Origin: Alphaproteobacteria bacterium
GTDB lineage: Bacteria; Pseudomonadota; Alphaproteobacteria; UBA8317
Reading direction: 5' to 3'
Assembly (NCBI GenBank): GCA_038131935.1
Contig: JAYPQH010000039.1
Span: forward strand, 1 to 22,544
DNA: 22,544 bases
The notes under the pieces were generated by a model. That model ran no database searches and was not told the DNA's origin. It saw nothing but the letters and a program-made list of their open reading frames with translations. This document shows, piece by piece, positions 1 to 13,188 of this stretch. Each line of letters starts with the position of its first letter. Positions within the stretch are counted from its first letter, which is position 1. The position numbers and the translations under genes were made by a program.

Positions 1-2259
1 GCATCAGTGATTCCTCAGCTGATTTTTGCAGCTGCTGAGGGAGATGATCGGTGTATTGAGCCGTTTGCTTTGGTGAAAGTTTTTTACCCAAAATATGCAA
101 ACCCTCTGGTACGAGGGTTTGCTCTGTTTCTAAAACCAGACGCCACAACAGATCGCGATCATCGCAAGGTAGATCAACCGCTTCTGCTTGATCTTTGATC
201 AACGCCCAAAGTGAATCCTTGCGTTCATCAGTCAGTGGCAACGTACGATATTGCGCCAAGGAATCCTTAAGGTCTTGCAGGCCACGATAAAGGCCTGATG
301 CGGTAAGCGGTGGTGTCAAATGGGTAACGATAACAGCATTCGCTCGGCGCTTGGCCAAAGCAGCTTCAGAGGGATTGTTTGCGGCATACAAAAATAGATA
401 TGTGGCACGTCACCAATTAATCGATCAGGCCAATCTCCTGGCCCCATCCCTACTTGCCTGCCTGGCATGAATTCTAGTGCACCATGCATACCGAAATGTA
501 GAATAGCGTGAGACTTATGTATATTTTTGATCCAATGATAGAAGCCTGCAAAGGCATGCGTTGGCGCATAACTGCCTTCAAACAACAATTTCATGGGATC
601 ACCCTCGACACCAAGGCAGGTTGCACCCCAACAAACAAGTTTCCAAATTCAGCACCAAGCATAAAAATTTGTCGTCCATCAGTTTGGAATTTTCCCGGTG
701 CAGCCCCCCACACAGCCTCAATTTCCTCAAGGTAATCTAATTCTGAAACCAACTGCTGTGCTGTTATTGATGCTGCAACATTAGCAACTTGACCAAATTC
801 TTTGGCATTACCTCCGAGAATATGTTCGCGTAATTCATCTACGCTTTCAGGGCACTCAACATGGTAACCGTTCAGACCAAGTCTCTTCATCACCGCCCAA
901 AGACTTTCAAAGACCGACAAATATGCCGCTGATCCAACCGCACCAGAATTGGGGGGAAAGCCGTATAAGATAATCGAGAGTTTTTTATCTTTCCGAGGTA
1001 TATGGCGCAGTTCAACAAGCTAACAACTTTTTTGGACCAATATCTCGATACGTTCATGGCAAGGAGCCATTGCTTGATGCTGAACATCACCTTTGCAGGC
1101 TTGTGGACATCCGCGACAACCATCAACCCCATGCCTTCCTGCAAAAACGGTTGGGTTTGTTGCACCATCCATTTCTGGTAACGCAACCAGCATTGTTGTT
1201 TCGATAGGACCGAGTCCTTGCTTACCCTCCGCCCACTGTCCCAAGGTCTGGAATTCTAAAGGTTGTGCGGCAAGATAAGGAACATTTAACTTCTGAAGAC
1301 ACGCAACTGCAGCCTCACTATCATTATAGGCGGGACCACCGACTAAGGAAAACCCTGTCAACGAGAGAACGAGATCGACATCGTTACTAAGATATGCCTC
1401 GATTGCAGGTCGTGCATCTAACCCTCCTGCAAAAACAGGCAAGACTCTAAGATTCTGCGCTTCAATTTGCCTGATCACCGCATCATAATGAGCTGTATCC
1501 CCAGCAAGGATATAAGAACGCAGCATAATCACGCCTACCGTTCCCTTAACATCCCCTCGATCAGGCAAAGCACCTTTCGATGTAGCTATACCCCGCCCTT
1601 CAATATCTGGGTGATAAACGCCCATTTCTGGGTATTCTATAGGTGCTTCAGATGATACTTTTTTGAGATCAGGGCATGTTGCATACCGCCCCAATAAAAA
1701 CCTAATCATCTGCTCTATATTGTCTTCAGAACCACCAAGCCAATATTGCATACACAAAAACCATGCACGTAAATCTTGGGCTTTGCCTGGTATCAGCTTT
1801 AATAGTTTTGGTAGCCTGCGAAGCATTTTCATCTGACTCTCGCCAGACATGCGCTTTGCTGAGCTCGTATCTCCACGCAGTTTTTTCAACAAACCCATGA
1901 CGGTTGAGGCTGGGCGTTGCATATCCAAACTGCCCATTTGTGTACATTTCACCAAAGACTGATCTGATATAAGCCCTACCACACAATCACACTCGGACCG
2001 TCGCGCTTGAATATCAGGGAGAATGGCTTTCACATGACTTTCAAGAAATACAATCGCGGTGATAATCATATCTGCTTGCGCTACAGCCAAACGAGCACGC
2101 TCCAATGCCTCGGGCTCGCGCTCCCACTCTGAGGCCGCATGGATTGAAACTTCCACATAGGGAAATTCAAGGCCAATGCGCTGACGTGCGACATGCACTG
2201 GCTTCGCAGCATGTTTATCAAGCGTGATAAGAACAACGCGATAGGGTTTATGAGACGGA

Positions 2260-2270
<11 letters not shown>
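1..2270 (-). CDS. bchH: Magnesium chelatase subunit H (BchH). 3' part runs off the left edge. Interrupted by one in-frame TAG and two frameshifts, probably sequence errors.
   Basis: ATG at 2270 overlaps the bchB stop. Motifs: [72 protein letters not shown], (Y)[21 protein letters not shown]. ORFs 1020..2333 and 591..920 are in the same frame, separated only by a TAG at 1020-1022. Frameshifts lie near 613 (QPA-FG-EGDPM) and near 392 (A5 run). Confidence 0.95.
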
Positions 2271-5630
<3,360 letters not shown>

Positions 5631-5641
5631 TTAATATAAAT

Positions 5642-5659
5642 TGTCAATTTAAATTGACA
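5642..5659. promoter_or_regulatory. PpsR/CrtJ operator (TGT-N12-ACA) overlapping the putative bchF -35
   Basis: TGTCAATTTAAATTGACA is a perfect 18-bp palindrome. The minus strand reads TTGACA(5647-5642)-N18-TAATCT(5623-5618). Confidence 0.85.
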
Positions 5660-5707
5660 TATTAAAAGAGAGTGTCAGCGAAAATATTTGACAAAAAAAG
5701 TTGTTGT

Positions 5708-5725
5708 TGACAATTTATTTTGACA
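5708..5725. promoter_or_regulatory. Degenerate PpsR box
   Basis: TGACAATTTATTTTGACA = TGA-N12-ACA (one mismatch). Confidence 0.4.
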
Positions 5726-5785
5726 TATTGTGAGAAAATTCCATCTAACCCTTACCTTATAAGATCGAGGCGATTCTGCGCTATT

Positions 5786-5803
5786 TGTCAAAATTGATTG
5801 ACA
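5786..5803. promoter_or_regulatory. PpsR/CrtJ operator overlapping a TTGACA -35 upstream of ppaA
   Basis: TGTCAAAATTGATTGACA = TGTC-N10-GACA. TTGACA at 5798-5803. Confidence 0.8.
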
Positions 5804-5847
5804 ATTACAGCTGAGAGCTTCAAGATTAAAAACGTCATGAATGCGTC

Positions 5848-6657
5848 ATGACAACAGGAATGGGGAGGCTCATGCCTCACAAGGAAGATAACATCTTTGC
5901 GGGATCAAATGTTTCGCGGCTTGCTTTGCATGCCATGAGCGAGATTGCACTTGCCCAGAAAACCCTACAAACCAAGAACGATAGTAACAATTGCCTCTAC
6001 GAAATTATTTCCTGGGCGTGTGATAGCTCCCAAACGATTCAACCCAATGAAATGCGTAAGATTTTGCTCAAGCAGCTTCCCGCTGACTTGATCGTTGATA
6101 GCCTCATTCCAGAAGCCGCCTATTGGCTGGGCAATCAATGGGTAAAGGATGAGATGCATTTTGTAGGCGTCACAAAAGCCAGCGCAAAACTGCAGCAGCT
6201 CGTATGGGCATTTACTGATCATCTAGACTACAGATTACTCCATACCGCACCGAACATTTGCTCCGTTCTCGTCGTCGTGCCTCAATTTTGCCATCACACG
6301 CTTGGATCTGTTGTTCTGCATCATCAACTGACCCGTGACGGCATTGCCGCCCATCTAGCTATGGGACTAGCGCCAGAAGAACTAGGGCAAAAGGTCGCAA
6401 CTTATGACTTTGACGGTATTTTTCTATCTGTTTCCACCCGTGAGCATCTTGAGCTTACCCGCAAGTTACTGGTATTTTTGAAAAATATTGTTGCTTCCCG
6501 TACTCCTATAATATTAGGAGGTCGTTTGGCGAGAAACATGTCTCAAGCTGATGATTGCGGAGGCGCCGATATGGTGTGTGATAACTATCAAGAGGCGCTC
6601 AATTTTGTCCAACGATCAAGAAAACCAAACCGAGTTTGGCCAGAACGGAGAGCCTGA
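5848..6657 (+). CDS. ppaA: Cobalamin-binding photosynthesis regulator PpaA/AerR
   Basis: IPEAAYWLGNQWVKDEMHFVGVT..SAKLQ (AerR helical cap) and HTLG...FLSVS...IILGG (B12-binding Rossmann domain). Canonical position between bchF and ppsR. The start could instead be 5860 or 5872. Confidence 0.88.
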   Translation: MTTGMGRLMPHKEDNIFAGSNVSRLALHAMSEIALAQKTLQTKNDSNNCLYEIISWACDSSQTIQPNEMRKILLKQLPADLIVDSLIPEAAYWLGNQWVKDEMHFVGVTKASAKLQQLVWAFTDHLDYRLLHTAPNICSVLVVVPQFCHHTLGSVVLHHQLTRDGIAAHLAMGLAPEELGQKVATYDFDGIFLSVSTREHLELTRKLLVFLKNIVASRTPIILGGRLARNMSQADDCGGADMVCDNYQEALNFVQRSRKPNRVWPERRA

Positions 6658-6725
6658 CTATGCCTTTCAACCATTCGTTCTGCACAAAAGACCCAACAAA
6701 AAAACCTCACCCAATGGGTGATTAG

Positions 6726-8153
6726 GTGACCTCAGCTCAATCACATATAACAGGGCCATTGTGGCATGCACTGTCAGAAATTGCTGACATTGCACTGAGT
6801 ATTGATGATGCGCTGATTATCAAAAAAGTTTACACCCGAGGTGGTCTTGGCCAATTTGACCTGGCCAAAAATTGGACTGGCCGCCCTCTTATAGATGTGT
6901 TGACATCTGAAAGCCGGGAAAAATTTTTGGGCCGGATTCAGTCTATCAAAGCTGGCACCCAATCGCACAGCAAAACACAATTGAAAGACTTTACAAGATT
7001 GGCAGATGTTATTGAGGTCAATCATTGTGATAACGCCACAGGGGAAGAATTCCCGGTCCAATATAGCCTTCACGCCATGAATGATGGGGATGAGCTTATT
7101 CTTGTAGGCAGAGATCTATCTGTTCTTGCAGACACCCAGCAGCAATTGATTTCTGCTCACTTTGTCATCGAACGCGAGCGGGAAAAGCATCGGGGTAAGG
7201 ATACGCAATTTCGCATACTTCTTGAAGCGATTAATGAGCCAATTATGTATTTATCCGCCAGCACTGGATTTATTGTGGATGCCAATACCGCTGCAGCTGG
7301 AATATTTGGACATGAACCTTCAAGCTTGATCGGTAAAGAATTGAACAGTCTTATTTCAGGAGACGGACAAAACAATATCATGGAACGTCTTGTTGCCCGC
7401 GCCATCACACAAGAAACACAACCACTCCCCATACAGATTTTGGGTAATGATATGCGCGCATTTTTGACAACGAAGCTCTTTCGAGCTGCTGGCGAGCGGA
7501 TGTTGTTATGCAAGATCACGCGATCAGACCATGAAATGGCTCCAGCAAAAGACCGTGATGGACTTAGCATTCTTGAATCCATGGTAGAAACTGTCCCAGA
7601 AGCCATGCTTTTTTGCAATGCTGCTGGTGAACTCATCTGCGCCAATGACTATTTCCTTGATTTGGTTGGCGCCGCCCATGTTCTTGAAGTCAAAGGCTTG
7701 CGGCTCTCAGAATTTTTACAAAGAGGCAGTATCGAAGCGAAAATACTCCTTGACCCTAGCCGGAACGAGAAGCGTATTGGGACTTATCACACGACCATAA
7801 AAACAAGAATGGGGGAACTTACATCCGTCCAAATCTCGCTGGTTCGGATTAACCAGCACCAAGAAATGACCTTTGGTATTTTGATCAAGCCTGTTGGTCA
7901 ACTAGAGCGAGAATCTACGCCTCAATCAGATCAAAATACAACCAGTAAAGAAGAAAACTTGGAAGCTGCGTCCAATCTTGTAGGGCGCTTAAGCCTCAAA
8001 GATATCGTTTCCCAAACAGCTGATGTCATTGAGAAGGTATGCATTCAAACTGCCCTTGAATTGACCGACAACAATAGGGTCGCCGCCGCAGATATGCTCT
8101 CGATGTCGCGGCAATCTTTGTATGTCAAATTACGCAAATACAACCTTCTCTGA
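6726..8153 (+). CDS. ppsR: Transcriptional regulator PpsR/CrtJ (PAS domains plus Fis-type HTH)
   Basis: GRDL...QQQL Q-linker and PAS repeats. C-terminal LVGRLSLKDIV...IEKVCIQTALELTDNNRVAAADMLSMSRQSLYVKLRKY retains the redox Cys. GTG start. Confidence 0.95.
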   Translation: MTSAQSHITGPLWHALSEIADIALSIDDALIIKKVYTRGGLGQFDLAKNWTGRPLIDVLTSESREKFLGRIQSIKAGTQSHSKTQLKDFTRLADVIEVNHCDNATGEEFPVQYSLHAMNDGDELILVGRDLSVLADTQQQLISAHFVIEREREKHRGKDTQFRILLEAINEPIMYLSASTGFIVDANTAAAGIFGHEPSSLIGKELNSLISGDGQNNIMERLVARAITQETQPLPIQILGNDMRAFLTTKLFRAAGERMLLCKITRSDHEMAPAKDRDGLSILESMVETVPEAMLFCNAAGELICANDYFLDLVGAAHVLEVKGLRLSEFLQRGSIEAKILLDPSRNEKRIGTYHTTIKTRMGELTSVQISLVRINQHQEMTFGILIKPVGQLERESTPQSDQNTTSKEENLEAASNLVGRLSLKDIVSQTADVIEKVCIQTALELTDNNRVAAADMLSMSRQSLYVKLRKYNLL

Positions 8154-8154
8154 T

Positions 8155-8904
8155 TCATTTTGTTGCTAGATTTCGCCCAATAACAAGACGATATCCTACA
8201 TCTAAACTTTCCCGTTTCAACAAATGCCCTTGATCTTTATGCCATTTGCCACTCTCAAGATCAGATTTTAGTTGATACAATCCACTCTCAACATCATCGA
8301 TTTGACGAAATGATGACATCGATGATCGCACCGCTTCATTCAAATAAGCTTCAGGGCGTGCCCAAAAAGCATATAAGAAACCATCCTGACAGTGCGAAGG
8401 AACCATGAGTGGATATATGTCTACATCCCCCCACACGCTTGAATATATGTCAAGCGGAGGCATAATCTGTGCGTCTAATTCTGCAAGTTTTGGAAAATAC
8501 TTTAACAACCAGCATGTTTGTATCGCGGATCAAAAAGGTCAGCAGCACAACAACATCACGCGACACCCTCAACATTTCATTACCAAACCTTTATCGGGAG
8601 AAGACCAATGGTGAATGGTCAGCACCCCCATGACCGCATCAAAACTATTATCCGCAAAAGGAAGGTATTCTGCACAACCTTGAACCTGAAATCCGTTCAA
8701 TGATCTGTGTTTTTTGATCATATTCCAAGATGGTTCAATACTGATGACAGAACGATCTTGCGGTTCATAAGACCCTTTTCCAGCGCCAACATTAAGGATG
8801 GTATGGGCATCAGCTAAATGCGCCCATATTTGCGCTGCAACTTGGGGATCTTGACGCCTTGTGTCACCATACCCATGGGCTATGTCATAGTAATCAACGG
8901 TCAT
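8155..8904 (-). CDS. Class I SAM-dependent methyltransferase (frameshifted in this sequence)
   Basis: ILNVGAGKGSYEP, AEYLPFADNSFDAVMGVLTIHHW, and C-terminal VPSHCQDGFLYAFWARPEAYL...LDVGYRLV. ORFs 8569..8904 and 8155..8508 are joined through EMLRVSRDVVVLLTFDP by frameshifts at about 8510-8580. Confidence 0.8.
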
Positions 8905-10087
8905 GAACTACAACCATGGTTTGTTTAGATGGCGGCAACAACCAAGCAAGTACCAAACCTATAAAAGCAATAACCCCCATGGCTTGAAATGCAAGGTCAT
9001 AACTACCTGACAAGTCGAAGACTGCCCCGACCAAAATAGGGCCGATGGCGCCACCTATGGTACCAGCAAATAATATTGCACCAAAAATAGCTCCATGAGC
9101 AGACATACCAAAAAAAGCAGCTACGGTTGGGGATACAACCGTGAAAAGCCCGCCATGCGCGAAACCGTAAAAGGCCAGAATAGCCATTACAAAAAAATGA
9201 TTATCCGTCAGAACCAATCCAAAAGTTCCTACAGAAAGGATAAGCAAACATAACATCATAGCTTGTGGCCCACCCAAGCGGTCGATCACCAATCCTACAA
9301 CAATACGCCCAAGAATGCTTGCCCCTCCTATAACAGAGAGAAGACTAGCAGCCGTTGGCTGCGACATACCTAAATCAACTCCGTGAGCTGCAATATGCAA
9401 AGGCAAAGCGGTGACAACGGGAAAAAACAAAAATTGTATAACACAAAGCTGCCAGAATGCTCTTTGCTGTCGGGCCTCCTTATAAGTTACCCCATCTTTT
9501 TGCGAAGTGGTGGCCTCAATTGACCTCATGGGCCGTTTTTGCATCAAGCCACCTGCAATCATCAGCATAACAGCGACACCGCCACCCAAGATAACAAGAG
9601 CATGCTGCCAACCAGCATACAGTATCAAAAACGCTGCAATGGGCGGCAAACTAACTTGTCCCAAAGCTGTACCCACTTTGACCACTGCGGTCATAATGCC
9701 ACGTTTTTGAGGGAACCAGCCAGCAATGGTTGATAATGTCACCACATCATGGGTTCCCAGACCCGCAGCAATGCATGTCGCATAGATCAAAAACAGCTGC
9801 CAAGGTGCATTAATCAAAGACAGCAGCATAAAACCGATCCCACTTAATGCACCTGTAAACATCAGAACCCGCCTGGGGCCAAACTTATCATTGAGACGCC
9901 CCCCGACCATGGCAAAAACACCCATGAATACAATGCCAAGGGCAAGTGCTGTGGACAATACCGTTCGAGACCAACCAAAAGCATCCTCGAATGATGGGAA
10001 AAACACACCATAAGAAAAATGCATACCTATAACAAAAAATTGCGTTAGGCCCGCACCCAAGATGACAGAAATTTGCTGTGATTTCAT
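8894..10087 (-). CDS. MFS transporter (monocarboxylate/oxalate-formate antiporter-like)
   Basis: About 12 hydrophobic segments and MFS motif A copies GRLNDKFGPRR and GLVIDRLGG. 11-bp overlap with the methyltransferase gene. Confidence 0.9.
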   Translation of the reverse strand: MKSQQISVILGAGLTQFFVIGMHFSYGVFFPSFEDAFGWSRTVLSTALALGIVFMGVFAMVGGRLNDKFGPRRVLMFTGALSGIGFMLLSLINAPWQLFLIYATCIAAGLGTHDVVTLSTIAGWFPQKRGIMTAVVKVGTALGQVSLPPIAAFLILYAGWQHALVILGGGVAVMLMIAGGLMQKRPMRSIEATTSQKDGVTYKEARQQRAFWQLCVIQFLFFPVVTALPLHIAAHGVDLGMSQPTAASLLSVIGGASILGRIVVGLVIDRLGGPQAMMLCLLILSVGTFGLVLTDNHFFVMAILAFYGFAHGGLFTVVSPTVAAFFGMSAHGAIFGAILFAGTIGGAIGPILVGAVFDLSGSYDLAFQAMGVIAFIGLVLAWLLPPSKQTMVVVHDR

Positions 10088-10181
10088 GGATATATCCTTA
10101 TGACATCAAGATATTGGGCCTCAACAATGACCTGATAATGAGGTACTTATAATCCCACGCTTAGGAACGGGGTTGAGCGCA

Positions 10182-11120
10182 CTAAATTGATAAATTTTCT
10201 TGCCCATTAGCCCATGGCTTTAGGAATGCATAAATGAAATTCATGCATGGCATTGGTACATCATAGGAAGCAGCTTCACGCACCAGATATCCAATAATAT
10301 CTTCAACTTCCATACGTTTACCTGCTGCAAGGTCATGATACATGGAAGCATAAAGATTAGGGGGAAATGTCTGATACAAATCCATTTTTTTCTGAACAAT
10401 ATCGTCATCTAATGGAATTTTCTTTGCTTTTGCCAATGCATATACTTCAGAGAGTAAAACTTGCGCCATCTGCTTAAGCTCATCATGGGCGAGCACTGTA
10501 CCAATTGGAAAACGCCCCAATGATGTGAGCCCTGCAACGGTAGCCAGCTGTACAACTTTATCCCAAAGCGCTTTTTCGATTTTATCAGTTAGAATAAGAT
10601 CAAAAGAAGCTGTTTTTGCCATATCGGAAAGAGGTGCAAGACGGTTGTTTTGTGATGGATCCCAATGCCCTGCGATCAAACTGTGCCCAGATGCTCGGCC
10701 CATATAACGAACAACACCGGGGCTTTCGACCTTTGCTGAAACCAACGCCGCACCACCAAATACATGAGGATGTTGCAACGCATGGGAAATACGTTCTGGC
10801 CCATTTATACCGTTAAGAACACTAACAATTGATGTCTCGCTTCCCACGATGGGACGAATTAATGATGCTGCCTCTTCTACGTCATACAATTTTACGCAAA
10901 ATAGAATGTAATCAGCAGGCTCCAAGTCTGCTGGGTCACTGCTTGCAACGACGTCCGGAACAAGCGCATCCTCATCTGGCCCTACCAAACGAAGACCATG
11001 TTTTTTGAGTGCATCAAGTTGTGGGCCGCGAGCAACAAAACTTACCTTATGCCCGGCAAGGGCCAACCGACCACCATAGAAACCGCCTAACCCTCCTGTA
11101 CCCATCACCACAACATGCAT
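10182..11120 (-). CDS. 2-dehydropantoate 2-reductase family (PanE/ApbA)
   Basis: VMGTGGLGGFYG Rossmann motif, FCVKLYD, LNGI, LWDK, ASMYHDL.AGKRMEVE. Confidence 0.88.
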   Translation of the reverse strand: MHVVVMGTGGLGGFYGGRLALAGHKVSFVARGPQLDALKKHGLRLVGPDEDALVPDVVASSDPADLEPADYILFCVKLYDVEEAASLIRPIVGSETSIVSVLNGINGPERISHALQHPHVFGGAALVSAKVESPGVVRYMGRASGHSLIAGHWDPSQNNRLAPLSDMAKTASFDLILTDKIEKALWDKVVQLATVAGLTSLGRFPIGTVLAHDELKQMAQVLLSEVYALAKAKKIPLDDDIVQKKMDLYQTFPPNLYASMYHDLAAGKRMEVEDIIGYLVREAASYDVPMPCMNFIYAFLKPWANGQENLSI

Positions 11121-11254
11121 CTACTTCACTCCTTATTGAACTTTTAAAATGTATGAATCTTTTGAATTCATACGACCTTTGGATCACAGTGCCTAGCACA
11201 AATTGCTTCATTTTGACTTGGTAGGATGGGCACCTATAGATCTAAAGATTTCAT

Positions 11255-11283
11255 GAGGGGTGAGTCGTGTACCATCACCCCTC
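11255..11283. other. 9-bp GC-rich stem-loop (terminator or RNA element)
   Basis: GAGGGGTGA-N11-TCACCCCTC in the 315-bp gap between the nitroreductase and the panE-like gene. Confidence 0.55.
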
Positions 11284-11435
11284 CAGTTTGACATAAAAAC
11301 ATCATATATTTGAACTCCTGTACCACTCATGCACCAAGAGGAGGGAGCAATTAAGCCTTATTTTAAAAATATTGCTTAGCTGTACGCATCATCAAAATGG
11401 ATTTCTAAAGCTAAACAGGGTAGATAGAACAGCAA

Positions 11436-12113
11436 TCAGTCCTCATAAAATCTTGTGAAGTCCTGCACCGGCGCCCTCTCCGTTACCAGAGAATTTTCCT
11501 TTGCATCCCAATTCGCATAACCCAAAGACATTCCTGATATCAGAACATCACCTTCATCAATATTGAGCACTTCACGAACGGCATCAGCATATTCACACCA
11601 TGCCTGTTGAGGACATGTTTCCAAACCATATGCCCGTGCCACAGTCATCACATTTTGCATAAACATACCAACATCTAGCCACGAACCGTAGAGCAACTCT
11701 TTTTCCATACTAAAGAACAACCCAACTGGCGCACCAAAAAACTCAAAATTGCGCAAGCCAGCCTTCATGCGCCCGTCCATATCATCACGTTCCACGCCAT
11801 AAAGTGCGTAGAGATCAAACCCTACTTTACGACGACGCGTGACATAAGGCTCCCACCAGGGTTTAGGGCTATAAGGATATTCGTTGCTGTTGCGGCCATT
11901 CTTTGCGGCGTCAATAACCGCCGCTGACAAACGTTCCTTAACTTGTCCAGTCACCACATGAACTTTCCAAGGTTGTGAATTGGTCCCAGACGGAGCGCGA
12001 GCAGCAGCCTGCAGAATACCCTCAATCTGTTCACGTGTCACAGGATTTGGGAGGAAATTTCTAATAGAATGGCGGCCCGATACCGCATCAATAGCCGTCA
12101 TAGTCATATCCAT
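11436..12113 (-). CDS. Nitroreductase family protein (NfnB/TdsD-like)
   Basis: RHSIRNF, AARAPSGTNSQPWKV, NFEFFGAPVGLF, DVGMFMQNVM..ARAYGLETCPQ, GMSLGY. Confidence 0.92.
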   Translation of the reverse strand: MDMTMTAIDAVSGRHSIRNFLPNPVTREQIEGILQAAARAPSGTNSQPWKVHVVTGQVKERLSAAVIDAAKNGRNSNEYPYSPKPWWEPYVTRRRKVGFDLYALYGVERDDMDGRMKAGLRNFEFFGAPVGLFFSMEKELLYGSWLDVGMFMQNVMTVARAYGLETCPQQAWCEYADAVREVLNIDEGDVLISGMSLGYANWDAKENSLVTERAPVQDFTRFYED

Positions 12114-12224
12114 GGCATTTTCCTTATCGTCTTATCATCCACAAACAAAGCGCCACCTTGCCCTTAGAAGAAAACATGGCCTACCCTTGGTACATAGTTT
12201 TATACCTTCTGTAAAAGGGATCCC

Positions 12225-13085
12225 ATGACCAACAAGCGCCACCCAAGAGCTCGCAGAAGCTTTATCTTCACCCCTGGTTTACGCCCTGATATGTTTCCCA
12301 AAGCAATTGCGTCAGGCGCAGACATGGTTTGTGTGGAATTGGAAGATGGTATCGCACCACATGACAAAGCTGAAGCACGTCAACTTGCTATGGGTATATT
12401 TGCCCAACATGAAGTTCCACAACATGTAGAAGCCATTTTAAGGATCAATTCCCTTCGTGAAATATTTGGGTTGGATGACGTACGTGCCATACTTGATACC
12501 CAAACACCTCCTCCGGCAATTATGTTGCCAAAAGTTCAATCACCAGAGGAAGTTGCAATCTTAGAAAGATGGCTTGATGAACGCGGTCACCCAACCCGGA
12601 TCCATGTTATCATCGAGACCAATATAGGCTTGCAAGCCGTTGATGAAATCGCCCAAAGCTCTTCGCGTTTAGAAGCCCTATTCTTCGGAGGGGTGGATAT
12701 GGCAGCAGAACTTGGTTGTGATCTGGCATTTGGTCCGCTTCTATACGCACGGTCTCGTGTTGTTCATGCAGCCGCCACCGCGGGTTTAGACGTTATTGAT
12801 GTACCATTTTTGGACCTACAAGACCCTGAAGGTATGCGAGAAGCAGCCATTTCAGCACGTGAATTAGGGTTTTCTGGCAAGGGCGCTATCCATCCAAAAC
12901 AGATTCCAATCTTAAATGAGGTTTATACACCAACTGCTGAGCGTATAGCACATGCGCGGCGCATTATTGATGCATTTGAAAGTGCAAATACGGGACTGGT
13001 TGTTGTTGATGGAAAACTCATCGAAAAGCCTGTCCTTCGTGAAATGCACCGTATTCTTGCCATTGCGGACCGGGTTGGCCTCTAG
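12225..13085 (+). CDS. HpcH/HpaI aldolase-citrate lyase beta (CitE/malyl-CoA lyase-like) family protein
   Basis: RRSFIFTPG, GAD..CVELEDG, LRIN, IMLPKV, IIET, FFGGVDM, GFSGKGAIHPKQI, VDGKLIE. Confidence 0.9.
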   Translation: MTNKRHPRARRSFIFTPGLRPDMFPKAIASGADMVCVELEDGIAPHDKAEARQLAMGIFAQHEVPQHVEAILRINSLREIFGLDDVRAILDTQTPPPAIMLPKVQSPEEVAILERWLDERGHPTRIHVIIETNIGLQAVDEIAQSSSRLEALFFGGVDMAAELGCDLAFGPLLYARSRVVHAAATAGLDVIDVPFLDLQDPEGMREAAISARELGFSGKGAIHPKQIPILNEVYTPTAERIAHARRIIDAFESANTGLVVVDGKLIEKPVLREMHRILAIADRVGL

Positions 13086-13188
13086 CTTCAAGCATTCTTC
13101 TTGGTCTATATAAACGACATAATCACTGTAAGAGATTTCCTAATGTCTCTTTGTGGTAGGAACGTCATTCTTTTGCGGCACCAACGTC

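Noticed and set aside
1020-1022. TAG recoding or readthrough suggested by in-frame TAGs in bchH and CYTH (22509)
   Set aside because: The two sites correspond to different expected residues (a basic residue versus the conserved Tyr of QGY). TAG is also used as a true stop at 13083-13085 and 15287-15289, and the window is error-rich.
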